Source of the DNA: Lingula anatina
Lineage: Eukaryota > Animalia > Brachiopoda
Reading direction: 5' to 3'
Assembly: GCA_051362555.1 (NCBI GenBank)
Contig: CM120641.1
Coordinates: 29,022,401-29,086,400, forward strand
Length of the DNA: 64,000 nt
The notes below the pieces were generated by a model that saw nothing but the letters and a program-made list of their open reading frames with translations, ran no database searches and was not told the origin of the DNA. Within the stretch, counting starts at the first letter, position 1, and each line of letters begins with the position of its first letter. Positions 1 through 13,596 of this stretch are shown piece by piece. A program made the translations under genes and the position numbers.

Positions 1-344
1 TGCTGTAATAACATGATATGAATAACCCCAATGTGTTTGAGGATAATAAGGCACTGTTATTCAAATTTTTTTTCTTTTGTTAACTTATTTGCAATATTAA
101 ACAACATTTACCTGCATAATTATCACAGATTCCTAATTATGTGACACAGTTAAGAGAGCTTTACAGTACCTATGGGACTTTACTGGGAAATCTCAAGGTG
201 TGTTTTATGTAATCTTATTTAATGGGCACTTGGAAATTAATTAGGCAAATGATTTTATAGCTCTGAATTAAGCTTGTGACTACCCCAAGGGACAATTACC
301 ACCATCCATAAACAGTAGCCCCATATAGCACTCTATAGAGCTGC

Positions 345-1587
345 ATTGCTTCCAGAACAGAAAACAATCACTCTGATTTTCCAACACAAACTGCACGTCA
401 GTCTTACAAAACTTTTCAGTAAGTTTGAGTATCATAAGTAACATGGTTTTTCCATAATGGTCATTCCGGCAGCCATTTCCAAAATAGGGTTTTCTTCAAC
501 TTTTATGCAATATAACATAATGACCATCAATTTTTAATAATAAAATAAAAGTATCATGGATATACAGAAAATGTGACATGGAAAGGTCTTCAAGGCCATG
601 GAAGTTCAGAGTTACACTTTCAAAATGCCAAAATGTACCTGTATACAAGAGATAACTGTATTGAATTGATTTTCTTCCATTTTCAACACCTTTTTTTCAT
701 ATAACAAAGTAATCAATTTACTGTCATTTTTAAATGAACAACTGAGAAAATTGTTGACATAGGAAAAATATCAATAGAACAATTTTAAATGTCCAGTTTG
801 CTCCATTCTGAGATTCTGAACATGGTGAATGATTGAATCTGACAAACTGTAAAGATATGAGTTTATTATTATTTCCATTTTTTGACACTTTATTATACAA
901 TTACAGGTTTACCATCTTTTTTATATAATCAACTAACAATATTGTTAAGATGCAGAAAATGTCAAAAGAACACCTTTACATATCTAATTAGTTCACAGAT
1001 GAGATTGTTAACATGCCTAAGAATTAAATCAAAGGAAAAAACACTTATATACAAAAAAGGCATAACTTCACCAGAACTGAACCAATGGAGCTTATTTTCG
1101 AACTCCATCTGTATTTCAGTAAGACTGATCACCCCTGTAAATTTCAAGACAATTGGCCAATTGATTTTCCTTGAAATGCGTTATCGGTATTGCATACATG
1201 CTAAAAAAAGTGAAAAAACAGCATAACTTCCATAAAATTGGTCTAATCAAGCTGATTTTCAAACTTGACCTGCGTATTATGTATATTCATTAGTTCCATA
1301 AGTTTCAAGCCAAAAGGTAAAACGGTTTTTCACTTATCGTGTTATCGGTGTTGCATATATGCTGAAAAAAGTGAAAAAACAGCATAACTTCCATATAGAT
1401 GGCCATATCATGCTGATTTTCGAACTTGACCTGCATATTATGAAAGCTCATCAGTTCTGTAAGTTTCAAGCCAAAAGGTAAAACGGTTTTTCACTTATCA
1501 TGTTATCGGTGGTCAAAGTGCACGGCGACGACGACAGACGCAGGTGATGGCTATATGTACAGACACATCTGTGTCTGTACATAAAAA
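345..1587 (-). mobile_element. Helentron-associated non-autonomous element (HINE family A), copy 1, diverged and 3'-incomplete
   Basis: Head palindrome TATGTACAGACACA-TC-TGTGTCTGTACATA at 1554-1583 next to an A-run, then a (GAC)n microsatellite and tandem units with core gattttc(g)aacttgacctg at about 1255 and 1415. Reverse complement of the copies at 18241, 29727 and 59434. Left boundary is approximate. Confidence 0.8.
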
Positions 1588-3432
1588 TTAAAAAAAAAAA
1601 TTACAAAGGATTTTTCTAAAGGTAAAAGGGAATTACTGTCTCATTTTATCAGTTTTCTCAAGTGCAACACTTATTAATCCACTTGAAATGATTTATATTG
1701 CATTTTTCAACCATTCTTTTTCCTTTCAAATGATTCATAGGTTTTGTAATTACATGTGATATCTTGATATCTATATTCTTTTTCTGTAAAGAAAATTAAA
1801 ACAGAGTCAGCAACATACAATGACAGGAGGAGCACTTTATTTTCATATTATCAATTGGACAGTAAAAGAACAAAGCAGTTACTTTTCACAGGAGTGAAAT
1901 CAAGTTATGAATCTCCATGGTTCCAATATCACGGTCATCTTTTCCATATACTGAACACAACAGTAATGGGTAGTATTCCAGAGATTTTAATCTTATAACT
2001 GATTGATCCCCAAGTTTCTTCTGGTTGAGAGATCTAGGGTCTCCTTAGACAGTAATAATAATTCAGCAATCTTAGAATAAGTGTGGTAACTTGAAGCAAC
2101 ATGCCACTATAGTTTAGTGTGACTGAACTGTCATTTGTCAATATTTGTCAATCCAATGGTGCCAATCCTCCTTTCCTACAAAACTGAGTGAGATTGCCAA
2201 GCCTAAGATGCACATTTGTTATGGGGGATTGTCCCAAGGTGGCTCTAAGTCCAATAAAGGTTCGCCAGGATATCCACTACTGCGTCTACCTGAAGATGGC
2301 AGGACAGGCTGTCAAAAGAAAATGTATTAAACATTTTAAACTTATGTTAATTGCTGTATAAAAACAATGACTAAATAATATACTGATCAAACATATTGCA
2401 TAAGTAAAAACAATGATTGAAAATGAAATCAAATATGCATGATGTAGCTACCAGAATTTCATGATAGAAAGACAGAGTTGGTGCTCACATCTGAATCTAA
2501 TGAATTTGCCTGTGCAATTTCAGGTGACTCTTCTATTATTATCAGTAAGATTGTCCAGGTCAAGGTTCACATCCAGGCCTAGGATGTAAAATCTGAAAAA
2601 TAAACATAACATCAATAAATGTTTTACAACGACAGAGGCTTACTGTGTTCAGAATAGAAACTATTGTAGCAGGATCAATCTATCTCAGCGGAGTATCACA
2701 CTCAGGCTCAGTCATTGTAATCAGCTTAATTGACTGGCACACCCCCTTGCAAAGCAACATGAACAACATACGTAATGGACCGCAAAGTCTTCCTGATTTT
2801 ACTAAAGTACTTCTAGTTGTACAAGTGTTCTGTGTAAGTCTTGAAAATTGAAGCACAGTGTGTTACAAAGTCACATAAAGCTAAGTGGTTAACTTCAACT
2901 TCATTGTAAACACACATACTGTAAATCTGCATATGAAACTAAAATATAAAAAACTGACACAAGTAACATCCCCTAAAATGCCAAAACTTGAAACTGAATG
3001 TGTGTTACATACCTTTGATTCTGGGTAAGAAATTTCTAATGAAGCTGTCTACAAGCTGTCTCTTAACTGTTTTTGTTATGATAACACATGTAACAAAGCC
3101 CTAGAATTAAATGCAAAAATATACTTCATAAGTTAGATACACAGTTAATTCTTTTCAGCAGACATATTTACCATGAAATAGAAATCAAGTAAAATTCTAT
3201 GAATTGAAATATACCAGAATATCTTCTAATTCTGCTTAATATTCTTTATATTACTTAAAAATATTCAAACTTATTATTTAAACTGGTCTGAGTTTTTAGT
3301 GTATCTGATTCTAGTATATTTATGCCACCACTGGTCAACACAAAGAAAAAGCGGCCATACCTAACAACAGGGTAGGTTATTACTACATAGAAGACAGTAC
3401 CTGAAATAGTGACAGAACCGACTTTGTCTGTT

Positions 3433-3463
3433 TATATATATATATATATACTGTAGTATATAC

Positions 3464-3501
<38 letters not shown>
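3433..3501. repeat. (TA)n microsatellite, interrupted
   Basis: Directly visible. Confidence 0.95.
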
Positions 3502-3504
<3 letters not shown>

Positions 3505-3590
3505 CACTTACCTTACAACAAACATCCAGAGCTAAATCGATGAGCTGGCTATATTGAGGCACCCAAGCCTGACAACAGTCTGAAGTGGTT

Positions 3591-3629
<39 letters not shown>

Positions 3630-3825
3630 CTAAGGACGACCAGCTGCTATGGTCATTTCTTGTGACATTCTGGTGCACACCAATCCTTCTGAGATGTACC
3701 TAAGCATCTCTAGTGTGTGTTCTTCTTAAAATTAAGAAAGCATTATGTTTTAACACTGTAAAGACGATGTGCTTTGCTCCACAGTTGCTCCGGTGATAAT
3801 CCTAGTACCCGCCATGTTGAAAATA

Positions 3826-4333
3826 GGGTTACGTACCTATACTCCCCCGCACCGATACTCCCCCACTTCTTTACATCCCCGCGCCGATACTCCCCCGCAC
3901 CGATAGTCCCCCGCTTCTTTACATCCCCGCACCGATACTCCCTCGCACCGATACTCCCCCGCTTCTTTACATCCCCGCACCGATACTCCCCCGCACTGAT
4001 ACTCCCGCGTACCGATACTCCGCAAAAACACTACTCCCCCAAGGCATAGATTCCCTTGGCTTTGTAAACCCCATTCGTAATTTACAACACTTTCTATAAT
4101 GCTTTTTTTTTCAAGATGCATCACCCTCTTGAGACCCAGAATTGACTAATTTTATTCAAAATATATTGGGAAAAATAAAGAACGTTACACGAAGTCAATC
4201 TCAGACTTTGTGTGCAGCTTGACAGTACGTAGGTCTACAGCTCTTCCTTGTGATTTTTGAGAAATGTTTTTGCAAAATTAATTTCGTTCTCCTACTGTAC
4301 TCAGTAGTTACTGTATATATATTGTACGGCCTT

Positions 4334-4364
<31 letters not shown>

Positions 4365-5257
4365 TTTTTTTTATTAACTTAAGGCAAAGTTAGTTTTAAT
4401 CTAAGATAACGCAGCTATGTCTTTTTTTCAGGCAACGATGAATTCGTAAAATTATTAAGTAATAAACAAGAAGTGCTAAAGCGCTTCGTTTTCCGTCTTT
4501 TTCCTCCAACCTTCTTTTCTGCTCTTTAAGCTTCTTTCCCTTGTGTTTTGAATCTGAATTAGATTAGAATCTGAACTGAGCAAAATTCAAAAATTTTGAA
4601 AATTGTTGCACAACGAAATTGTCGAGACACGAGCATGCGTCGTGAGCGCGCCTTTTATACTCGCAGTCCCGTCTTGTTTTCGATTTTGTTCGTTATAGAT
4701 GTGAGGGCGTGCGCCGTACTCAACATGGAAAGGGCTCTTTCTCCTTCATTTCTTGCGGCGTGCATCTTGGACCAGGCAAGTCTCACTTGCAAACCAATCG
4801 CGAACTCCTTAGAAAGGGAGCAAATTACGCTTGCGGCCTCGCTGTCCGCAGATTATTCGTAGAATCTATTGGAAATGTTCAATATCTTCCGTACGTGCTT
4901 ACATACGTGCGAACTCGAAATTTCGCATAAAGGACTTGCGTAGTACATGAGATTCTCCGCAAAATTTGGACTTAAACGGGTCGTAGATTTTGATCCACTT
5001 ACCTAGACTGACCCTAACCTGTATAATTAAATGGAGGGTTGACTCTGTTACTCCATCCTCAGTTTCGTCAAAATTGCATAGGGGGAGTAATGATGCGGGG
5101 GAGTAACGGTGCGGGGGAGTAACGGTGCGCGTATAACGGCAATTTTACAGGGGGTTTATCGATGCGGGGATCTATCGGTGTGGGGTCGTATCGATGTGCA
5201 TAATGCAAAAATTTACTAAGGGGGAGTATCGGTGCGGGGGAGTATCGGCATGACCCC
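3826..5257. mobile_element. Non-autonomous TIR DNA transposon with 16-bp subterminal repeat arrays (MULE/Foldback-like)
   Basis: Left arm is an array of CCGATACTCCCCCGCA (48-bp higher-order unit, 3838-4040). Right arm has the inverse motif (5080-5130, 5220-5257) and ends ...GGCATGACCCC. Flanks gaaaatagg (3819-3827) and gaaaagagg (5258-5266) look like a 7-9 bp TSD with one mismatch. No transposase ORF. Confidence 0.7.
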
Positions 5258-6764
5258 GAAAAGAGGTCACAGAGTTAGCATTGTTATTTTACATTTAGTT
5301 TCTACAACATAAACAAATTTAAAAAATGTATTTTTGCTTCATAAGTTTGTCTGCAGGGCAAACATGATTGTTTTAAGGGCTTTTCACAAACCTATACATG
5401 GTTTTGACTTATTAATTTAGTTGAAGAAACAGATTAGCATTTCGGTAGTATAAAAATATTCGTTTTTAGGCCCTTTTTAAAATTGTTATAGTTCTAATTT
5501 AACAAGGTTTAACACAGATTTTATTTCACAAAATTTATTTTGCAACCCTTTTCTATTAGCACACACCAAAATTATATGGATACAACCTGCAAAAAAGAAG
5601 ATGTGTGCATTTAAAGAAGGGGAGGGGGTCAAGCATACGGAAAACATGCCTTATTAGAATCAACCTTGTGTGGTCATGACAGTGTCCTTTTGAAAAATCT
5701 GTACTGGGTATTAAAGGTCTTTCCTTAACCCATCATATGGCACACCTAAATAATTCCTTATGATGTACATGATTTTTTAAAATAATATTTAAAATTATAA
5801 CTTTTCAAGAGCTAAAAAATGCTATATTTTGGCAAAATTGCGGATAAAAGACCTTCCCCCATATCTCTAAAACTAATGATCCAAAATAAGAAAGCCAGTG
5901 GCTCACAATATGTTTCATGTTGATGGTTTACCACACCAAAAATTATTAAAATCTGCTGACCCCCACCTTGCTGCCTTCTGACCGATCTGTTTGGCTTTCT
6001 CATGGACGCGCTCTTAAAATGCCAAAGGACCTGCAAATTTTTTATATCACAGGTCCTCTGGTCTGGCAAATCTTATGTGAAAATACAATACATAATAATA
6101 AATCACTTGTAAACATAGAGTAACAGAAATAAAATACTTTCGGACCATCACAGAATTGGGCGGAGTTGTAGATTTCTTATAGTGTAGGTCTTTCAGACCT
6201 TTGGTATCTGTTAAGTTTTTCCCTTGTCTGATCATTAATGTTACACTGGTGAAGAAAAAATTTTCTTCCATCTATTTAGTATTAATTTATTGCTATAGCT
6301 TTAATCTTTCAATTATAGAGTACTTGCCTATATTTAACGTGGGCCAAATATTAAGGCATAATTTCATTTGCTGGAAAAGTTATAATGTGTTCAGTATTTT
6401 GGTGAGGGACAGAAAATGAAGTTTGTAAAGGTTATAATAAATTAGAAAAAACAAACTTTGCAACATATTATGAATGGGATAAAAATTCAGCACTGTGCAC
6501 AGAAGTAAAGAACCATGGAAGAATTTACTTGGTAGTTTCTTCAATCCAAAACTGTTTTTCATAATGGACTTGACCATGCTTGTACCATGTAACTGTTTAG
6601 TAAAATTATATTCTGTTGATGTTACAACATGGAGTCATTTCATTCTTTTCTGTGTGCAAAGTTTAAGACGTAGAACCTGGACATCTCTGTAGCAGTTTTA
6701 CAGATTGTGTTATCCAAAGATGAGAGCTCATAGTGCCCAGCCTCTTGGGGTTTATGGGACCATT

Positions 6765-6999
6765 CCCAGCCCCTATCATACTAACTGTGGATCAATCTAT
6801 CTCCAAGGGGATTCTCGCTAAATTGCAATCATTTTAAGCAGCTTAGATGTCTGTCACGCCTACTGAAGCTGCTAGGGGGTAACTAATTATCATTTAGCAG
6901 CTTCAGTAGAAGTGCCAGACATATAAGCCACTTAAAAGCAATGTACCGTGAAACCCCTTGGAGATGGATCGATCCTGTAAGATCGATCTAGGTATGGGA
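6765..6999. mobile_element. Fold-back MITE (family B), degenerate copy
   Basis: Long internal palindrome (atctccaagggg...ctactgaagctgcta / tagcagcttcagtag...ccccttggagat). Homologous to 28146-28413. Confidence 0.8.
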
Positions 7000-7539
7000 G
7001 CTGCTATCTCACCTCGAAATAGAAAGCTGTTAAATTAAATTGACAATTAAAGCTTTGAGTTGCCTATGCTTATGCACTGCAACGAGATTTTATTTTTTTG
7101 AGGTTTTTTTCATTGTTTTAAATCAGTACAAAGATAGATGCATTATAGAATAATAAGATGCAGGAAAAAACTCATTTGCATGATAATAAAAGGTAACTTA
7201 GTTGAGGGATTGACAGGTTTCCAAATGCGCTTACATGTACATGTAATCCAATTATTCCACAAGAGCACCCGAAGCAACTGCAAACATCGGATTTTCTCGA
7301 TTTACATTTTAATTGAGATGATCCAAAGCTTGAATTTGCTAGTGTGCTAACTTTAGCACATCCAGTACGTATCAGAAGCTGTTAGCCCCCCCCCCCCTTT
7401 AATTGCAATAGCAACGCTAAATTTTTTTAAATTTAACAAATAAAAATAAACAAATTGTTAAAATAAACAACGACTGATGCATTTCCTACTGTCGGAAAAA
7501 AACCTAAGGAAAAAAGTTCGTCTGCAACTCTTATTCGCC

Positions 7540-7682
7540 TTATTACTAGATCTAATGCGTTTTCTTTTCACCGCGTGAAAAACATCTAAGCAGTAAAATA
7601 TTTGCATCCTCCGTCAGGTGGCGCTGGCGACGTTACGCGACGGCCTTGACCTCTGTCAGGATGGAGAGTAAACTTTGCACTG
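7540..7682 (+). promoter_or_regulatory. CpG-rich promoter and probable first (5'UTR) exon of the MARCH gene, containing a CTCF-like motif
   Basis: Local CpG cluster and CCGTCAGGTGGCGC at 7611-7624. Donor TG|gtatgt at 7683 and acceptor tttctttttcatag| at 7775 define a 93-nt intron upstream of the ATG at 8132. Confidence 0.5.
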
Positions 7683-8131
7683 GTATGTTTTCGCTTGGTC
7701 TTAGTTTTAAGCGTCTTGAAATATCAAAGTTTATCACCAACTCCAAGAACCCTTTGTAATATTTCTTTTTCATAGATTTCAGTGCCTGGAAAATACGTCG
7801 ACTTCGAGCTTTGAAAGGTGCTTGAAAGGTCTTCCAGCAGAATCATAAAATCTACTCCAAAGCAGTCGGAATTCTCAAATGTCGGAACCAAACTTTGGAA
7901 ATTTTTGCTTCAGTACTGTTGATCTGTAGGTCTACATTTACACTATTATGCGCTGTGCCGGTAAATGAAGAGAAAGTAACATCACATCACATCATTCTTC
8001 GACTTCGGAATAGAAAATGTCTGTGTCTTAATTATGAGTTTATGTGTCACTTAGAACGGATGTCTAAATTGCGGTTTCAGATGACTTCCTCTTTTCCTGT
8101 ACGAATATGTGGCGATAAACTCTAAAAGAAA

Positions 8132-8221
8132 ATGCCGGTAACAAGGATTGACGTTGTCCCTGTCACCTGCAGAGGAAAACAGATTATAGACAGCCCAAAG
8201 AAAAATAATAAAGATATTGAG
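8132..8221 (+). CDS. MARCHF8: MARCH1/8-like RING-CH E3 ubiquitin ligase, first coding exon (MPVTRIDVVPVTCRGKQIIDSPKKNNKDIE)
   Basis: ATG at 8132, 30 codons, then strong donor GAG|gtaaga in phase 0, matching the phase-0 acceptor at 25112. The N-terminus resembles MARCH8 MPLHQISAIP. Confidence 0.7.
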
Positions 8222-11200
8222 GTAAGACTGGTTAGTTGTTATGTATTTGTTACTCCATATAATCTTTGTCTCTGGTTCAGTAGTTACATGTATCTTTCCT
8301 ACACCAAAACTCCAGATTCCATCACTGTTTTCACTTTCCGAAAAGCAGTTGGTTGCTGGCTCAATAGGGCCAGTGGAATTTTTCAGCTGTTACTTGTACT
8401 CCAGTTAGTTTTATAAATGTTCAGGTTAATTGTTGAAGTCTCTCTTCTTTTTTTTTTTTAAACAACCTTTTGAAAGTGCATGTATTTGTCCTATTTGTAA
8501 TAGGAACCCTGTTTCATATCAATTCATGTATTAATTTAAGTTAATAATTTTAAAAATTGGACTTAGGCCAGTGAATTTTGGTTTGGCCCAGTAGATTCAC
8601 AGACCCTGGTGGCCTGGATGGCCTGTAAGTTGAAATGTATTTGGCACAAACTGGTGATGGTCAAGATGATTGAATGATTTAACAAAAAACTTTGCTTTAA
8701 CATGTCATTTTTCTCTCTCCCATTCATACATTCATTCATTTTATTGTGTTATGTTACAGTAGCGGTCATCTCTTTAATAATTGTATCTGTACACGCATAG
8801 TTATTCACCCTTGCATAATTATGATATTACCTACATCCATGTGCCCCTTAAAGTGTTACTCCCCTACAATGATACTCCCCCCACATCGTTTTCTCCCTTC
8901 ATTGATGTTTTTATTGATGCCTCAAAAATCAGTTCCTTTTGCTACAATGGAAGGCTTATTTTTGAAAAAAGAACATTGTAGTAGCAGGTGTTATAATTAA
9001 GATTTATGTTTTGATGTTGCATTTCTGCATTGAGGAATATAATGCTCAGGGGGGTAGTAATGAATGATACAGGGCAGCGCTGTAACCTTAGATAACATAT
9101 ATTTCTCTCTTTCTATCAAATTTTTTTTCTATAATAATTTCCAGGAAACCAGTTTAATTAATTTGAAGACCAACCTTTTTATCAAGTTCATTTTTATTTT
9201 CTGTGTTTGCACAACTATACCATATCATAGTTGAACTCTCCTGTTGAAGTTGTTCCAATACAGCAAAACAGCATAAGATTTGTTATTTTTAAACATGATT
9301 AAACCCTTTCAGCCTGACACATATATATTCTTTGCTGATAATTACACATACTTTTTGACACCAGTGTTTATGCCTTAGTTTATGGGTTAAGAACAGAACG
9401 TTCGTAAAATCTACTTTTGTTTACAAATGTTAACATCAGTGGGAAGTAAACTAGCAGTTTTTTACATGATAAGTATAAGAATAATAATAATAATATAATG
9501 ATTTCGTATATAATAATTATTTTGTAATGATTTCTTTGAATACTACACCCCAAAATCAGTGACTGGTAAGTCTGGAGTAGATCATTTGTAGATGTTTGGC
9601 TCATTTTGACTGTGAAAGACAAAAATGTCCATTGCATGCTTTAGCTTAAAATAAAATTCTTTTATTTACTTCTCTTGCTAAGATTAGCTAATGTCAGGGA
9701 TTCAATGTTCCACAAATGCCACACAGAAACACTCTAAGGTAGCAGTATAAATTAAACATAGAGATTAACAAGCTTACTAAGGCTGATAAATGAAGAGACA
9801 ACCAGTCTTTGTTTGGATATTAACTGTACACTAAATAATTACACTAATTAATTATCAAGTCTTTCATATTACACCAGGAAGTTTGATCAAAAGGATCTAT
9901 ATCCTCCTAAAAGCTGTAATACACCAACAATTGCAAAAATGATCAGAAATAAGTTAAAAAATTATCGAGAAAAAATTAAAGAAGAACAACAAAGCTCAGT
10001 TTTAAACTTCACATGCATTTACAGTAAGTGACAACCATTTTAGATTTTTACTCGAAAAGTGTTACCAATTGCAAGTAGAAGAAACAGCCATTAGACAAAA
10101 ATGATATATAATTCTCAAAAACAACATCAATATTATTGTGACAAATAAGGTGCAGTGATTTTAGTAAGCACAGACACTACTCTGTGTTTGTATATATAAA
10201 AACAGGATTGGAGATTTTGAAAATGAAAAGTTCATTTGACATTTGCACAAGCTCAAACATTGAAGCCTGTTCTGTTAGGTTATTGAACATGACCAGGACA
10301 GACTTAGTGTGTAAACATTTCCTGCTCGTGCAAGAAAAGGTTAAAGTAGCATGTGTGCTAAGATTGTTTTTAGCATGCCAAGAAATGTATTTATCATAGG
10401 ATTGAGTTGTGAAAAAAGGTGTGCCAATTAGAATATTATCCTGACAAATTGCAGGCATTTCAATAAAGCAGACTGCAGTATGGCAGTTTGTAAAAGTTAT
10501 GAAAATCACATATAGCTTAGCTCAAACTTATTTGTTGAATCTGCTGAAGTGTGACTGTGGCATTTTATATCTGATATGTGATCTTAATCAGTTAATAACC
10601 AGAATATATGGACATGCTGCTGAAATAAATCAATGGCTTTAGTTTGGAAAAGCTCGCCAATATGAAGCGTCAGTCTCATTAGATTGTTTACCAGCATGGT
10701 GAGCTGTATAGTTTCCAGAGTATATTTTTAGACTAACATTCAATGTGCATTGTAATTTGGGGATAAAATATTATCATCCTAAACACCCAAAACACATTCT
10801 GTTCATGCAATAAATATCAGAGTGCCACAGGTGTGATTGAGTTTGGTGTTCTCTTAGACCTATCATACATGACTTGACCAAGGTGTGTAGACTAACTGTT
10901 ATAGTAAAAAGCACTCTAAATTCTCCAAATCTCTGTCATACATGGGCAGAGAGTACACAAGCAGATTATGGACTCATTCTTGCAGCAGTTTCAATACAGG
11001 CCTAGTTGTAGCACTAGAGAGTTATTTTCCTTTGCCCGGGTTATTTGGACATTTGGCCATATGTGGAAAAATCATAATAGATTTTGAATTTGATTAAAAA
11101 ATAAACCAAAATTTCTCACATGTTTCCTATATAGTGATATAGGAACTCCCATAATCCCATTATTGAACAGTTTAGATTGAACCATAAGTGTTGTGCCAGA

Positions 11201-12619
11201 TTCATTGGATATAATGAACTCCATCATTAAAAGTTGATTAATGATTCAGCAATGATTTCTGTGGCCCAAAGTTTGCCTTGTCACAAAACTAGCTGGATCA
11301 TATCCAAAAACCATTACAGAAAATGTACATGTTGTCTCTCCTCTCAGTGCTGTGCATAATAAAGCTAAAGAAGGGGTTAAAGAGATGGTAGACCTGGCAT
11401 ATTGTAAATGCTAATTCTGAGTTCTGTATTTTCTATGTACATTAGAGGGATAACAACTGTTAGTATGAGATATATTCCAAAATAAAAACATTCTAAACAG
11501 CCCATAGAAATATATTGGACTCCATTTTTCCAGCAAAACGGCAGTTATCGCAATTATTCTGTAACCTGTGCTTGCCATCAGACCACATGGACCTTCATAG
11601 ATGGCTATACCTCAGTAATAATCTTTTAAGAGATTATTACAAAAAACTTTACTTTTTAGAAACAAAAAACATGGACTAACTTTGAATGTCAGAAAGGTTT
11701 CATTAACCATTGGTAATTATGGGAAAATCAGCGTTTACCCCAGAAAGATTCTTTTTTTTTTTTTTTTTTTTTTTTGGAGGGGGGAGGGGGGCTAAAATGA
11801 ATAGTTGTTATCCGTTTAAGGACTCTGGTGAGGATATTCTGGGGTCTTCTATGCCAGATGTAAAATATAAAGCACAATATGATTTGAGAATATCAGATTA
11901 TAACCATGAATTTGCTTATTAGGAAAATTATCCCATACATTTCAGTAGAAAAATTTGCAGTTATAACAGAGTTGCTGGATTGAGTAAATATAGTAGTCTG
12001 TGGCGAGAGTGCCATTATGGTGCACTGTATTGTGGTTACCAAATGAATATGTTTTCAGGGTAAATCATACATAAAAATTTACATGATAGTTGGATAGTTG
12101 CACTGTCAGAAGAGTGTGGAGTTTCAATTAAGTTATTTATTATCCTCTCCTATATATATATGACATAATGTAGGTATGCTGGAATCGTCTGTTCATTTGT
12201 ACTGTTGGGTATTTTAACCATGTCATAGGTTCTTCAAAGAATATATTACCAGATATATTACCAGTGTATTGGTAACACATTTTTGGTTCCACTGAGAAGA
12301 TGTCAGTTAGCTCTTCTATCAAAAACCTAGTTTGAACATTACAACTCCATTTCTCAGTGTGCCTTGGGAGATGGGGGTGGGTATTGATTGTATTTAATAA
12401 TAGCTTTAGCTGCATCTTTTTATTTATTGTACACATGGTTTTAGTCCTGACCTGCCTCATCCATTGCCACATCACTGTTATTGATTCTTCTCCTAGAATA
12501 CAAGAGCCTGTGTACCCATCTCTTGGATGTAGGTTACATATAATCTCAACCCAATCCATGTAAATTTTGGGCTTTGTCAGTGCACTGGTCTAGGTATGGT
12601 GCTCATTGCTATAGGCCCT

Positions 12620-13596
12620 TGTCCAAAATTTGCAAAATTAAATGCTAAATATCCTCCAAACTGAAAGAATTATGGGAAAAATTACTATAGATGGCTGACC
12701 TAAAGTCTTATGTTAAGATTTCAAATATGCCCTTGGACTTGACCTTTGTTTCAAGGTCAAACTGGCCAAAATTTTGTAACAATTCTCATTTTTTGCCAAA
12801 AAAAATTTTGTGCTGATTTTCAAAAACTACTCAAACCTTGCCTATAATGTTATGGGAAGGTGTTACACTTGGGGTCATCTTTCATCTTAATGAGTTTCGG
12901 GTCAGTCGGTGCATTATCACAGGAGAATTAGCTATAAGTTGCCGAAACCGAAAACTCTCCAATTCTGGAACCGTTATTGCATAAGACCTCTTATTTGTTG
13001 CATGTAGTAGAGCTTATCAAGTGCAATACTGGAGGTGGTATCCTTTGTTTTTTTTTACATGGTTTAGGAGTTGCACTTTATCAAAAAAATACATCACAAT
13101 ATCTATTAGTGAAAGTCAAGTGTGAAATGCTCCAAAATTAGCAGAGATACGCCCAAAGTTACTTCTGATCTCGAATAGGAAGTAAGATATTGGCAGTGTT
13201 ACTATGATCTGGAATCTCATCTTTGATCTACTTTTACCCATGAACTGCACTTTAAAAAGACTCTTATATCTCCAAAAATGGCAAAGATATAACCATAACA
13301 ACTATTGAACTTGAATTGGATGTCACGTTTTCAATCTTACTGTGACCTTAAATTTGACCCTTGACCTCTCCCATGATCTGCACTTATATTTTCCAGTAAA
13401 CTTTGGATTTAAGGTCTTATTTTCACAATCTTTCAGCAACCTGAGATTTGACATTTTACTTTTCCCATGATTTTGTTATAATGCTTATCAAGCACAACAC
13501 TGGAGGTGGTGTCCTATTTTTTTTCCTTAAGCATTCACTTACTCCTGCTGGTGGTACAATACCCAGAGGTGGTATCACCTCTCTGATCCACTAGTT
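12620..13596 (+). mobile_element. Degenerate Helentron/HINE-like element (family C), 3' part
   Basis: Recurring (c)tggaggtggt motif (about 13030, 13500, 13565) and ttgacctt...aaggtcaa hairpin core. Terminal hairpin agaggtg-gtat-cacctct followed by ctagtt at 13565-13596. Boundaries approximate. Confidence 0.45.

Noticed and set aside
3774-4124. ORFs with repeated SPAPILPRFFTSPHRY / EYRCGGVSVRGCKE units
   Set aside because: These are translations of the 48-bp subterminal array of the TIR element, not a gene.
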